Shown here: piece after piece, positions 45,205 through 53,556 of the stretch | Numbering within the stretch: position 1 is the stretch's first letter | Layout of the letters: each line of letters begins with the position of its first letter | NCBI GenBank assembly: GCA_038872535.1 | Contig: JAVZJY010000001.1 | Coordinates: 6,108 to 70,107, forward strand | Origin: Candidatus Bathyarchaeia archaeon | Lineage (GTDB): Archaea > Thermoproteota > Bathyarchaeia > Bathyarchaeales > Bathycorpusculaceae | Length of the DNA stretch: 64,000 nt | Direction: 5' to 3' | The notes under the pieces: generated by a model | Told to the model about the DNA's origin: nothing | Databases searched by the model: none | Seen by the model: only the letters and a program-made list of their open reading frames with translations | Program-made: the position numbers and the translations under genes

Positions 45205-46461
45205 ATGAAAGACTTCAAAGTCAAAGACATAACTCTCGCTTCAAAAGGTTATCTACAAATAGAATGGGCTTCAAAACACATGCCAGTCCTAAACCAGATA
45301 AAAGAAAGATTCCAAAAAGAAAAACCCCTAAAAAACTTGACGTTGGGCGCATGCCTCCATGTAACAAAAGAAACAGCCGTCCTCGTCGAGACTTTTCTTG
45401 CTGGAGGAGCAAAAGTTGCATTATGCGGTTCTAACCCACTTTCTACACAAGATGATGTTGCAGCTGCTCTTGCAGAAAAAGGCGTAAACGTTTTCGCATG
45501 GAGAGCACAAAAAACAGATGAGTATTACTGGTGTATTGAAAGAGTGGTAGACTGCAAGCCGGTAATAACGCTTGATGATGGAGCAGACCTTGTAGGAACA
45601 ATACACAACAAAAGAACCGAAGCATTAAGCAACATTAAAGGAGGCACAGAAGAAACCACAACAGGCGTCTTACGACTAAGAGCCATGGAAAAAACAGGCG
45701 CACTAAAATATGCAATAATAGCCGTAAACGACGCTTACACAAAATACTTGTTTGACAACAGATACGGAACAGGACAAAGCACAATAGACGGAATCTTAAG
45801 GGCAACAAACATTCTTTTAGCAGGCAAAAACTTTGTCGTCTGCGGTTATGGATGGTGCGGAAGAGGAATAGCCATGAGAGCGCAAGGAATGGGCGCCAAC
45901 GTAATAATCACAGAAGCGAATCCGTTAAGGGCTCTTGAAGCAGCAATGAATGGTTTTCGCATAATGCCAACCGCCGAGGCAGCAAAGATAGGCGACATAT
46001 TCGTAACAGCAACAGGCGACATAAACGTCATAAGAAAAGAACACATGCAAAAAATGAAAGACGGCGCAATACTAGCAAACAGCGGCCACTTCAACGTCGA
46101 AATAAACATAAAGGACCTAGAAGAGCTAGCGGCTTCAAAACGAACAATAAGGGCAAACCTTGAAGAGTACACATTAAAAGATGGAAGAAAACTGTACCTT
46201 TTGGCGGAAGGAAGACTCGTGAATCTTGCATCAGCTGAAGGACATCCATCAGAGGTTATGGACATGTCCTTTGCAAACCAAGCCCTTTGCGTTGAATATT
46301 TAGCCAAAAAAGAAAAGATGGCGCCAAAAGTTTACCAAGTCCCAAAAAAAGTAGATGAAACCGTGGCAAAACTAAAGCTTAACGCAATGAAAATAAAAAT
46401 AGACAAACTAACCACTGAACAGAAGAAGTACTTAGCGACATGGGAAATGGGAACAATATAA
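45205..46461 (+). CDS. ahcY: Adenosylhomocysteinase family (SAH or S-inosylhomocysteine hydrolase)
   Basis: 418 aa with [23 protein letters not shown] and NSGHFNVEI motifs. Confidence 0.95.
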   Translation: MKDFKVKDITLASKGYLQIEWASKHMPVLNQIKERFQKEKPLKNLTLGACLHVTKETAVLVETFLAGGAKVALCGSNPLSTQDDVAAALAEKGVNVFAWRAQKTDEYYWCIERVVDCKPVITLDDGADLVGTIHNKRTEALSNIKGGTEETTTGVLRLRAMEKTGALKYAIIAVNDAYTKYLFDNRYGTGQSTIDGILRATNILLAGKNFVVCGYGWCGRGIAMRAQGMGANVIITEANPLRALEAAMNGFRIMPTAEAAKIGDIFVTATGDINVIRKEHMQKMKDGAILANSGHFNVEINIKDLEELAASKRTIRANLEEYTLKDGRKLYLLAEGRLVNLASAEGHPSEVMDMSFANQALCVEYLAKKEKMAPKVYQVPKKVDETVAKLKLNAMKIKIDKLTTEQKKYLATWEMGTI

Positions 46462-46537
46462 AATTGAAACCGAAAGCCATGGTAAACTTTTTAAAGCTTA
46501 AACGAATAAACATGGGTTACATAGGGTGATGTAATAA

Positions 46538-46882
46538 ATGGTTAGTAAAGATCAAGCAATTGGCGGAATAATATTTGTAGTATGTTTAATAGTAGGTATA
46601 CTTTATACTGTTGGGTTGTTCTACTTTGGAGACCCACTTGGTCGCTGGGCAATAGAGTTTTGGCTTATTGCAATTCCAGTGTTTCTCGCATTCATTGCCA
46701 TAATGGGTATAGGCGCATGGATAGGTTGGACAATGGCAACGACACCCCCACCAAAACCAATTGAAGAGATAACAAGCGAGGTTGAAGAGAAAAAAGAAGA
46801 GCAGAAGGCTGAAGAGAAAGCAGTAGAAGAAACCACGGAAACCGAAGAAGAGAAAAAGCCTGAAAGGAAAAAGAAAAGCTAA
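46538..46882 (+). CDS. Small membrane protein with K/E-rich tail
   Basis: 114 aa. A GGGTGATG SD lies upstream. It has three hydrophobic segments followed by an EEKKEE... low-complexity region. Confidence 0.55.
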   Translation: MVSKDQAIGGIIFVVCLIVGILYTVGLFYFGDPLGRWAIEFWLIAIPVFLAFIAIMGIGAWIGWTMATTPPPKPIEEITSEVEEKKEEQKAEEKAVEETTETEEEKKPERKKKS

Positions 46883-46983
46883 AGTGCCACATTTTCAAAA
46901 AAGTTTCATATCAAGATAACTGTTTTATCCATATTTTATGTTGCCGACTAACTAACAACCATTTTATCGTATAAAGTGTTCAT

Positions 46984-47358
46984 CTACAACCCAAGAATCC
47001 TAAAAGCAAAATACAAAGCCACATAAACCACTGTGGAAATCCCAAAAATCATGGCGATTATTTTTGGAGAAACGGAAATAAAAGGAGTCTCTTCACCTTT
47101 AGGCTGTATCTCATACTCCTTAATTCCATGAGTTTCAGCGTCAACTTTAACCAATGCTATAAACTTTTTCAATTCAACCTCAACAGTGTATATTCCTTCT
47201 TCTAATGAAACCCTCTTGGGCTTTAGGTTTCCCTTATTTCCAATTCTTTTTAGAAATCCAGTAGCAATGGCTGTTACGGTTTCAGCGTTTAACTCTCTTG
47301 TCTGAGGAGTGGTTGATGTAAGGGCGCCTGGGGCTTTTCTCTGAAGAGATGCCGACAA
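46984..47358 (-). CDS. Hypothetical protein with C-terminal TM anchor
   Basis: 124-aa ORF. A soluble beta-rich region is followed by IIAMIFGISTVVYVALYFAF. Confidence 0.45.
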   Translation of the reverse strand: MSASLQRKAPGALTSTTPQTRELNAETVTAIATGFLKRIGNKGNLKPKRVSLEEGIYTVEVELKKFIALVKVDAETHGIKEYEIQPKGEETPFISVSPKIIAMIFGISTVVYVALYFAFRILGL

Positions 47359-47435
47359 TCATGTTGTCTCCTATCTAACTTTATACGAAGCCATTAGGTG
47401 TTTAAAAGGGCATGTGTGTATCATCGTTAACCAAC

Positions 47436-47813
47436 CTAACCAGTCACATTTTTTAGCATACATTGGACTATGTTTTCGCACATCATACATTCTTCAGGGA
47501 TTTTCTCTTTAGTTTTACGTTGACTGAGATATCCAAAATGGTGAGGACATTCTTGTTTCTTCGGCACTTGTAATGTTTCTTTCCCTTTTTGAACATTTAC
47601 CTCTTGAACTTTAACGTCTACTTCAACCTGTGGTTTAGGATTTGTTTCAGTTATGGCAGCTTTTTCCTCCACTGCGATTTCGGTTAAGCAGTAGGGGCAT
47701 GCATCATAAATTCCTGCGTGTCTTGCGTTTAAATTTTCAACTTTGATGGGTGCCGTGAACACTTTTCCGCATGATGGGTTTGGGCAAGTATAGCTTTGAT
47801 TCTTCATTGGCAC
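47436..47813 (-). CDS. Hypothetical zinc-finger protein
   Basis: 125 aa with CPNPSCG...CPYC and CPHH...CMMC...C cysteine clusters. Confidence 0.5.
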   Translation of the reverse strand: MPMKNQSYTCPNPSCGKVFTAPIKVENLNARHAGIYDACPYCLTEIAVEEKAAITETNPKPQVEVDVKVQEVNVQKGKETLQVPKKQECPHHFGYLSQRKTKEKIPEECMMCENIVQCMLKNVTG

Positions 47814-48089
47814 ATCTTTATTTTTTGTGATTATTGACCCTCCTTTAAAATAGAATCGGATTCCGAGTTTATAGTGTTAATGAATCCAGAATTAATATCA
47901 TAGATATCTGCTAACAGTCAAATTGAAACTTATGAAGAAGCACCATTCATGTTTGACCTTTAAGCCTAAACAATGGCATTATAAAGTTTAATAGGTTTCC
48001 AGCAATGCTTACAGAAAATTCATATTTTAAATTCATAATTGTTTTTAATTTTTCAAATTCTAACATTCGCCATATTAAAGGTGAAAAAT

Positions 48090-48278
48090 GTGTATATAGT
48101 ATGGATAAAAATTGACGAAACCTTGCCAAAGATTGAGTTAAAAGGAGAATATCAAACAAGAAGTGAAGCAAAAAAAGCAGCACAACAACTCTTAAGCGAC
48201 ATAAAAGTTGAAATTGTAAATGTTTCAGAAAAGCGAGGTTCCATAAAAGCGTTGGCAACAGCCAAGGCTATGCAATAA
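48090..48278 (+). CDS. Possible 62-aa small protein
   Basis: Within track ORF 48039..48278. GTG 48090 lies 5 nt after AAGGTGA. The product is charged and helical. Confidence 0.35.
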   Translation: MYIVWIKIDETLPKIELKGEYQTRSEAKKAAQQLLSDIKVEIVNVSEKRGSIKALATAKAMQ

Positions 48279-48332
48279 TTGCCAATTTTCAGCTAATTTT
48301 TGCCAAAGCTTGCTTTGTTACGTAATCTTTTA

Positions 48333-51050
48333 TTAGTTTTCCTTGTTTAATTGCCCCTTAGCACTAATCTTTCTAGGCGGTATTAGAACTTGTTCTAGGC
48401 GGTAGCCGTACCTTTTGTAAAACCAACTTTTAACAATTTCAGCTAAAGCTAGGTAGGCGCTGAGTATAGCCGCTAATGCAATGAAGAAGGTTTGCGGAGA
48501 CTTTACAAATTCAAAAATTGTCCCTAGTGGCGTATAGGGCAATATTAATGCGAAGGTTATTATTGCTATACTGCTTAGAATCAAGAGTCTGCTTGGTTTG
48601 CTTTTCCAGAAGGGCGACTTTTTGGTTCTAATAACAAAAATTACCAACGTTTGAGAAGCTAAGGATTCAAGGAACCAAGCAGTTTGGAACAACGGTTCAG
48701 TGGCGTTAAAAATGAAAAGCATTATAAAGAATGTTAAGAAATCGAAAATGGAGCTTACAGGTCCCAAGCACACCATAAACAGTCTGATGAAATGTATATC
48801 CCACCTCTTCGGTTTCTCAATATACTCTTGATCAACCTCATCCATAGGTATTGTTGACTGAGACAAGTCGTAGAGGAGGTTGTTGAGTAATATCTGTGTC
48901 GGACGCATAGGCAGAAACGGCAAGAATAGGGACGCTCCGGCCATGCTGAACATGTTTCCAAAGTTTGAACTCACACCCATCATAATATACTTCATAGTGT
49001 TGCCGAAGGTTTTTCTACCCTCCAAAACCCCGTCGTGAAGTACCGTCAAATCAGTTCGCAAGAGTATAATGTCAGCTGACTCCTTTGCAACGTCAACAGC
49101 ATTATCTACTGATATGCCGACATCCGCACTTCTCATCGGTGGCGCATCGTTTATTCCATCTCCTAAAAACCCTACCACATGGCCGTTATTCTTTAAAGCG
49201 TGTATTATACGGTCTTTTTGGGCTGGAGTGACCCTGCAGAAGACATTGCCCTCTTCAACAACCCTTGCAAGAGCCTCATTGTCCATTTGAGCAATTTCAT
49301 TTCCAGTAACTATCCCTTTAATCTCAAAGCCTAAATATTCACAAACTTTTCGGGTTACCAGTTCATTGTCACCCGTAAGGATTTTCAGTTCGACGCCAGC
49401 GTTTTTCAACAGCTGCAGAGAATCCTTGGCTGTTTCTTTGGGAGGATCCAAGAAGGCGATAAAGCCTAAAAATACCATGTCAAATTCGTCGTTGACGGAA
49501 TAAACAGCCTTTTCTTCTCTTAGGCGTTTGTAGGCAACACCTAAAACTCTAAAACCTTCAGTGCTTAACTCAATGTATTTCTGCTCAATTTTTCTGCGCA
49601 CTTCCTCGGTTATATCGGCAATAGCATTCTCAACTTCGTAATAAGAGCAGATTTTAGCGATTTCTTCTGGGGCGCCTTTAGTAATCATAAATCGTTGATT
49701 TTGGTATTCAACTACTATGGATAGGCGTTTTCGTACGAAATCAAATGGCACCTCATCAATTTTTCCGTATTCCTTCACATCTACGTCTCTAAACTTTAGC
49801 ACTGCCTCGTCAAGGGGACTCCTCAATCCTGTTTGAAAATAACTGTTTAGATACGAGTATAGTATCACTTTCTCGCTTTCATCTCCATTGATGTCCACGT
49901 GAAGGACAAGCTTTATTCTGTTCTCGGTCAGCGTTCCAGTTTTATCTGTGCATAAGACATCCATGCTGCCAAAATTTTGTATGGAGGCTAAACGCTTTAC
50001 AATGACACTTTTCTTAGACATGGCAATAGCGCCTTTAGAAAGATTAACCGAGATTATCATCGGTAAAAGTTCAGGTGTTAAGCCTACAGCCAAAGCCACT
50101 GCAAAAAGAAGCGAGTCAAGCACACTACGCATGTAAAGGGCGTTTATGAAAAAAACAAACAGAACAAGCAAAAGGGTAACTTGCATTATCATATAACCAA
50201 AACTTCTAATTCCCCTTTGAAATTCTGTTTCTGGCTCCCTTGATACAAGCCTCTTCGCAATTTTTCCAAACTCTGTAAGGCTTCCAGTTTTCACCACAAC
50301 GGCAGTTGCTGTTCCACTTACAACAGATGTCCCCATGAAAAGATAGTTACTCCACTCAGTGATTGCAGACTCATATGATTTTAATGGAGCAGCTGTCTTT
50401 TCAACAGGAAACGATTCGCCAGTCAACATGGACTGGTTTACGAACAAATCCTTTGCACTAATTACCCTAGCATCCGCGGGCACTATGTCGCCTGCTGAAA
50501 GGGATATTATGTCGCCCGGAACTATCTCTGAAAGCTTAACCTCACGTTTAACGCCGTCCCTCACCGTGGTTGCTGTGGTTGCCACCCTCTGTTTCAACAT
50601 TTCAGCAGCACTTTCAGCCCTAAACTCTTGATAGAAATCTAAAACGACACTTAACATTACTATTGAGAATATAATAATAGTGGTGATGACATCTCCAAAA
50701 AAGCCTGAAATCAATCCAGCAATTAAAAGGATAATTATTAAAGGACTCTTAAAATGAGAAAGAAAATCAACGATAACTATTCTTTTCTTTTTCTTAACAA
50801 TTTCATTGTAACCATATATTCTTAGGCGTTCCTCAGCTTCTTCGGAAGAGAGCCCTAGCAAAGAAGTGTTTAAACGAGCAAGAAGCTCTTGATCCGGCAG
50901 AGTTAGAAATTCTTCTGTGCTCGGCAGAACCCAACTTGAAATCTCGTTCCCACCTAGTTTCTCTTGGTTTTGTCGCTTCATCATTTTCACCGCCCATTTC
51001 TCTTGAACCACCCTTATAGATGAACCAGCATACTCTACATCCCTCTGCAT
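48333..51050 (-). CDS. mgtA: Magnesium-transporting P-type ATPase (MgtA/MgtB-like)
   Basis: 905 aa with CTDKTGTLT, TGDN and GDGINDAP motifs and an MgtA-like LLNNLLYD TM region. The start may be an internal MMKRQ. Confidence 0.9.
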   Translation of the reverse strand: MQRDVEYAGSSIRVVQEKWAVKMMKRQNQEKLGGNEISSWVLPSTEEFLTLPDQELLARLNTSLLGLSSEEAEERLRIYGYNEIVKKKKRIVIVDFLSHFKSPLIIILLIAGLISGFFGDVITTIIIFSIVMLSVVLDFYQEFRAESAAEMLKQRVATTATTVRDGVKREVKLSEIVPGDIISLSAGDIVPADARVISAKDLFVNQSMLTGESFPVEKTAAPLKSYESAITEWSNYLFMGTSVVSGTATAVVVKTGSLTEFGKIAKRLVSREPETEFQRGIRSFGYMIMQVTLLLVLFVFFINALYMRSVLDSLLFAVALAVGLTPELLPMIISVNLSKGAIAMSKKSVIVKRLASIQNFGSMDVLCTDKTGTLTENRIKLVLHVDINGDESEKVILYSYLNSYFQTGLRSPLDEAVLKFRDVDVKEYGKIDEVPFDFVRKRLSIVVEYQNQRFMITKGAPEEIAKICSYYEVENAIADITEEVRRKIEQKYIELSTEGFRVLGVAYKRLREEKAVYSVNDEFDMVFLGFIAFLDPPKETAKDSLQLLKNAGVELKILTGDNELVTRKVCEYLGFEIKGIVTGNEIAQMDNEALARVVEEGNVFCRVTPAQKDRIIHALKNNGHVVGFLGDGINDAPPMRSADVGISVDNAVDVAKESADIILLRTDLTVLHDGVLEGRKTFGNTMKYIMMGVSSNFGNMFSMAGASLFLPFLPMRPTQILLNNLLYDLSQSTIPMDEVDQEYIEKPKRWDIHFIRLFMVCLGPVSSIFDFLTFFIMLFIFNATEPLFQTAWFLESLASQTLVIFVIRTKKSPFWKSKPSRLLILSSIAIITFALILPYTPLGTIFEFVKSPQTFFIALAAILSAYLALAEIVKSWFYKRYGYRLEQVLIPPRKISAKGQLNKEN

Positions 51051-51151
51051 TCTTAAAATCGTTTCTATAAATCATTTAGCATTAATCTTGCATAGTTATT
51101 TTTGATTGAAAAACCAAAAAGAGAAACTGGCAATTCAACATAACCATTAAA

Positions 51152-51173
51152 CATAAGCGCCGGGGAAGGGATT
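51152..51173 (-). repeat. Direct repeat copy (displaced tRNA-Ser 3' fragment, att-like)
   Basis: cataagcgccggggaagggatt is identical to 52563..52584. The similarity continues for 5 more nt with 2 mismatches. Confidence 0.85.
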
Positions 51174-51284
51174 TCAACATCAATTTACCAGTAAACGATG
51201 ATCTGCATTTAACAATTCGCACATGTTAGATGCTCTTCCAATAAACAAATTGTTAGATACCAAGTATTCCCTTCATTTTTGCTA

Positions 51285-52301
51285 TCATTGTTTAGATGGG
51301 ACTTCAAATAAGTTTTTGCACGGAGGGCTAAAAGCTTCAACTTTATTCTTGCGACGCGCAAAAGGCGCGACTCTTTTTGCAACTTTAAACATTCTAAGCC
51401 ATTCCGTATCAGATAAAAACAATCCTGCGTATGCTCCGGAGTTGCAAGCTATTCCACATCTTTCGCATATGGGTTTGATTCCATTCTCGTCTGTGTTAGA
51501 TATAACGCAAGATTGTTTTGTTTTGCCGCTGCTATCCAAATTTACAAAAAGCCAGTTTGGGCAAGTTGCAGTCCATTTTCCATCTCTGAATAGGTTCAGT
51601 TGCTTCGATGTGTTAGCAATAAAATCCGGATATTTTTCTTTTATTTTTAGTAACTTATCAATGGTGTCGTTTCTCAGCTTTCCGTACGGCAGCCACAATT
51701 TATCATCATAAGAAAAAGGTGTATGAAATTGAAATGTGAAAGCTCTGGCGAAACTGTACCATTCATTGACAACATCCTCGACGCATCCATAGTTTAAACT
51801 GTTTATCGTCATGTTAATGACCACATTCACTTCTGGATGGTCAAGAACGTTTTGTTTCACCTTCCTATATATTCCTACGCCTCTAATTGCGTCGTGAATA
51901 CTTTCTATTCCATCTATTGAAATGAAATATCCTGCACCAAAATCGACCAATGGCAACGTTCCATTTGTCACTATAGTGACATAGCGCCATTTCATCTCAC
52001 TTATAATGGCCTCAATAACATCTGGTCTAAGAAGTGGTTCGCCGCCTGTTAAACTAATGGATATTACATCGTTTTCTATGAATTTTTCTCTTACGACATT
52101 TCTCCATTCATCAGCACTTAATTCTTTGCGCGGCGTCCTGTTCAGCCACCAGTAGCAATGTTTACATTTTAGATTGCAAAAATTTGTAATGTCGGCAGAA
52201 CCAAATATGGGCAATTTTTTCTTTAAATATTTTATTTGAATTATTTTAGAAGCAACTTTTGTAACGCCAACTAGTTTTTTCAAATCGAAAGACCCGCACA
52301 T
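51285..52301 (-). CDS. Radical SAM protein with C-terminal Cys-rich (auxiliary-cluster-like) region
   Basis: 338 aa with the CNLKCKHCYW (CxxxCxxC) motif, the SLTGGEPLL motif, and a C-terminal C..W...C....CERCGIAC cluster. Confidence 0.85.
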   Translation of the reverse strand: MCGSFDLKKLVGVTKVASKIIQIKYLKKKLPIFGSADITNFCNLKCKHCYWWLNRTPRKELSADEWRNVVREKFIENDVISISLTGGEPLLRPDVIEAIISEMKWRYVTIVTNGTLPLVDFGAGYFISIDGIESIHDAIRGVGIYRKVKQNVLDHPEVNVVINMTINSLNYGCVEDVVNEWYSFARAFTFQFHTPFSYDDKLWLPYGKLRNDTIDKLLKIKEKYPDFIANTSKQLNLFRDGKWTATCPNWLFVNLDSSGKTKQSCVISNTDENGIKPICERCGIACNSGAYAGLFLSDTEWLRMFKVAKRVAPFARRKNKVEAFSPPCKNLFEVPSKQ

Positions 52302-52368
52302 GACTAATTATTTACTTTATTGTCCTTTTCATTTTAGAATTTCTGGTAAAATGTTTCAAGAATGATAT

Positions 52369-52482
52369 TTACCTTCTCTTCTGCTTCTTTCCACCACGAG
52401 CTCTCCTAGTTTGATGCCCCCTCGCTTTGTCACGACGAGCGCTCTCTTTGGCCTTTCTACGAGAATCCTGTTCTCTACCCAT
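52369..52482 (-). CDS. Possible 37-aa highly basic small protein (below ORF-track cutoff)
   Basis: ATG..TAA encodes MGREQDSRRKAKESARRDKARGHQTRRARGGKKQKRR. A GTGAGGG SD-like motif lies 4 nt upstream. The ORF is locally GC-richer than its flanks. Confidence 0.45.
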   Translation of the reverse strand: MGREQDSRRKAKESARRDKARGHQTRRARGGKKQKRR

Positions 52483-52562
52483 GTTCCCTCACGTCATCTC
52501 TCTCAAAATATCAATAGCATCCTTTCCAAAAAACCTTCTGTTAAAATAGATTAATGGTTTGT

Positions 52563-52584
52563 CATAAGCGCCGGGGAAGGGATT
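52563..52584 (-). repeat. Direct repeat copy overlapping the intact tRNA-Ser 3' end
   Basis: cataagcgccggggaagggatt covers the discriminator, the acceptor 3' strand, part of the T-stem, and 6 nt of 3' flank. Confidence 0.85.
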
Positions 52585-52688
52585 CGAACCCTTGCGAGCC
52601 TGAAGGCTCACTGGCTTACCTGTTTTTATCCAGCCCTTCTTTCAATTTGATCTCGAGGCCAGCGCGTTAACCGCTCCGCCACCCCGGC
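52569..52688 (-). tRNA. tRNA-Ser (anticodon CGA) with a ~35-nt intron at the canonical 37/38 position
   Basis: The reverse complement reads GCCGGGGTGGCGGAGCGGTTAACGCGCTGGCCTCGAG[ATCAAATTGAAAGAAGGGCTGGATAAAAACAGGTA]AGCCAGTGAGCCTTCAGGCTCGCAAGGGTTCGAATCCCTTCCCCGGCG. It has a long variable arm, and the anticodon stem CTGGC/GCCAG closes only if the insert is removed. Confidence 0.85.
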
Positions 52689-52724
52689 GAAAGGAATTAG
52701 TTGTCTGTCTTCTAAAAAGGGTTT

Positions 52725-53549
52725 TCATTGGGTTAATAACGAAGGGAAAAGCCACTGTTTCTTCTTTTCGTGTTTTTTCTTGTCCCATTCATATATTATT
52801 TTTGTTGCTTCGTTTGCAATTTTTATGGCGTTTTCTTCGCCAGCTTCTGGCTCAAATTTGTTTGTGCATCTGTTAGCGTAAACAGCGCATATGGAGCCTG
52901 CTCTTAATCCGTAAAGATTTGCTAGAGTGTACAGTGTGGCTGTTTCCATTTCAAAGTTTAAAACTTTCGCCTTCTGTAAAGTTGAAAGCAAGTTTTCCAT
53001 GTGTGGTGGATAATCCTTTATTGTTGTGCGGCTTTGTCCGGCGTAAAAGTCTGCTGTTGTCGCAGTTACGCCTATGTGATAATTGCTTATGCCAAGGCTT
53101 TCAGCAGCCTCAATTAAAGCCAGCAAAACTTCGTAGTGGGCAACCGCAGGATACTCGGGCATGATGTAACAGTTGCTTGTATAATCCAAGCGTACAGCAG
53201 CTGAAGAAATAATCACGTCACCACAATTAATGTTTTCTTGTATGGCGCCAGTACTGCCCACACGAATAAAAGTATGCACACCTATACGTGAAGCTTCATT
53301 GACAACAATAGACATACAAGCCGGACCAATACCGCTTGAAAGGGCAGAAAGTGGGACGCCTTTATATTTGCCTGCGAAACTTCGGAACTCGCGGTGCCAA
53401 GAAACTTCTTTGGCAGAATCCCAATAAGAGACGATTTTTGGAACTCGTTCTGGGTCGCCGGGCACAAGCAAATATTCAGATAAGTCGCCTTTTTCACATT
53501 TGATATGATATTGCTTGCCAGAAAACATTGAGTGCATCTCACTCACCAT
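52725..53549 (-). CDS. Nucleoside phosphorylase (PNP/UDP family, uridine phosphorylase-like)
   Basis: 274 aa with GDPERV, RVGSTGA and FEMETA motifs. Confidence 0.8.
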   Translation of the reverse strand: MVSEMHSMFSGKQYHIKCEKGDLSEYLLVPGDPERVPKIVSYWDSAKEVSWHREFRSFAGKYKGVPLSALSSGIGPACMSIVVNEASRIGVHTFIRVGSTGAIQENINCGDVIISSAAVRLDYTSNCYIMPEYPAVAHYEVLLALIEAAESLGISNYHIGVTATTADFYAGQSRTTIKDYPPHMENLLSTLQKAKVLNFEMETATLYTLANLYGLRAGSICAVYANRCTNKFEPEAGEENAIKIANEATKIIYEWDKKKHEKKKQWLFPSLLTQ

Positions 53550-53556
53550 GATGAAA

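Larger units (their letters stand above)
51152..52584. mobile_element. Putative degenerate integrated element at tRNA-Ser carrying a radical SAM gene and a small basic-peptide gene
   Basis: A 22-bp perfect direct repeat (tRNA 3' end plus 6 nt of flank) brackets 1.39 kb. No integrase is present. Confidence 0.4.

Noticed and set aside
47947-48258. 103-aa minus-strand ORF
   Set aside because: It is Leu/Phe-rich, has no start context, and overlaps the better-supported (still tentative) plus-strand small ORF with an AAGGTGA SD. I judge it probably non-coding.
51051-51284. Possible Mg2+-sensing leader or riboswitch upstream of the mgtA-like ATPase
   Set aside because: This was prompted by the bacterial mgtA leader, but the region is AT-rich and I could see no extended complementary segments. 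Its only notable element is the tRNA-Ser fragment repeat. I have no basis for an RNA-structure claim.
51223-51711. 162-aa plus-strand ORF opposite the radical SAM gene
   Set aside because: The radical SAM frame carries the CxxxCxxC and GGEPLL motifs. The opposite-frame product has no features. It is a shadow ORF.
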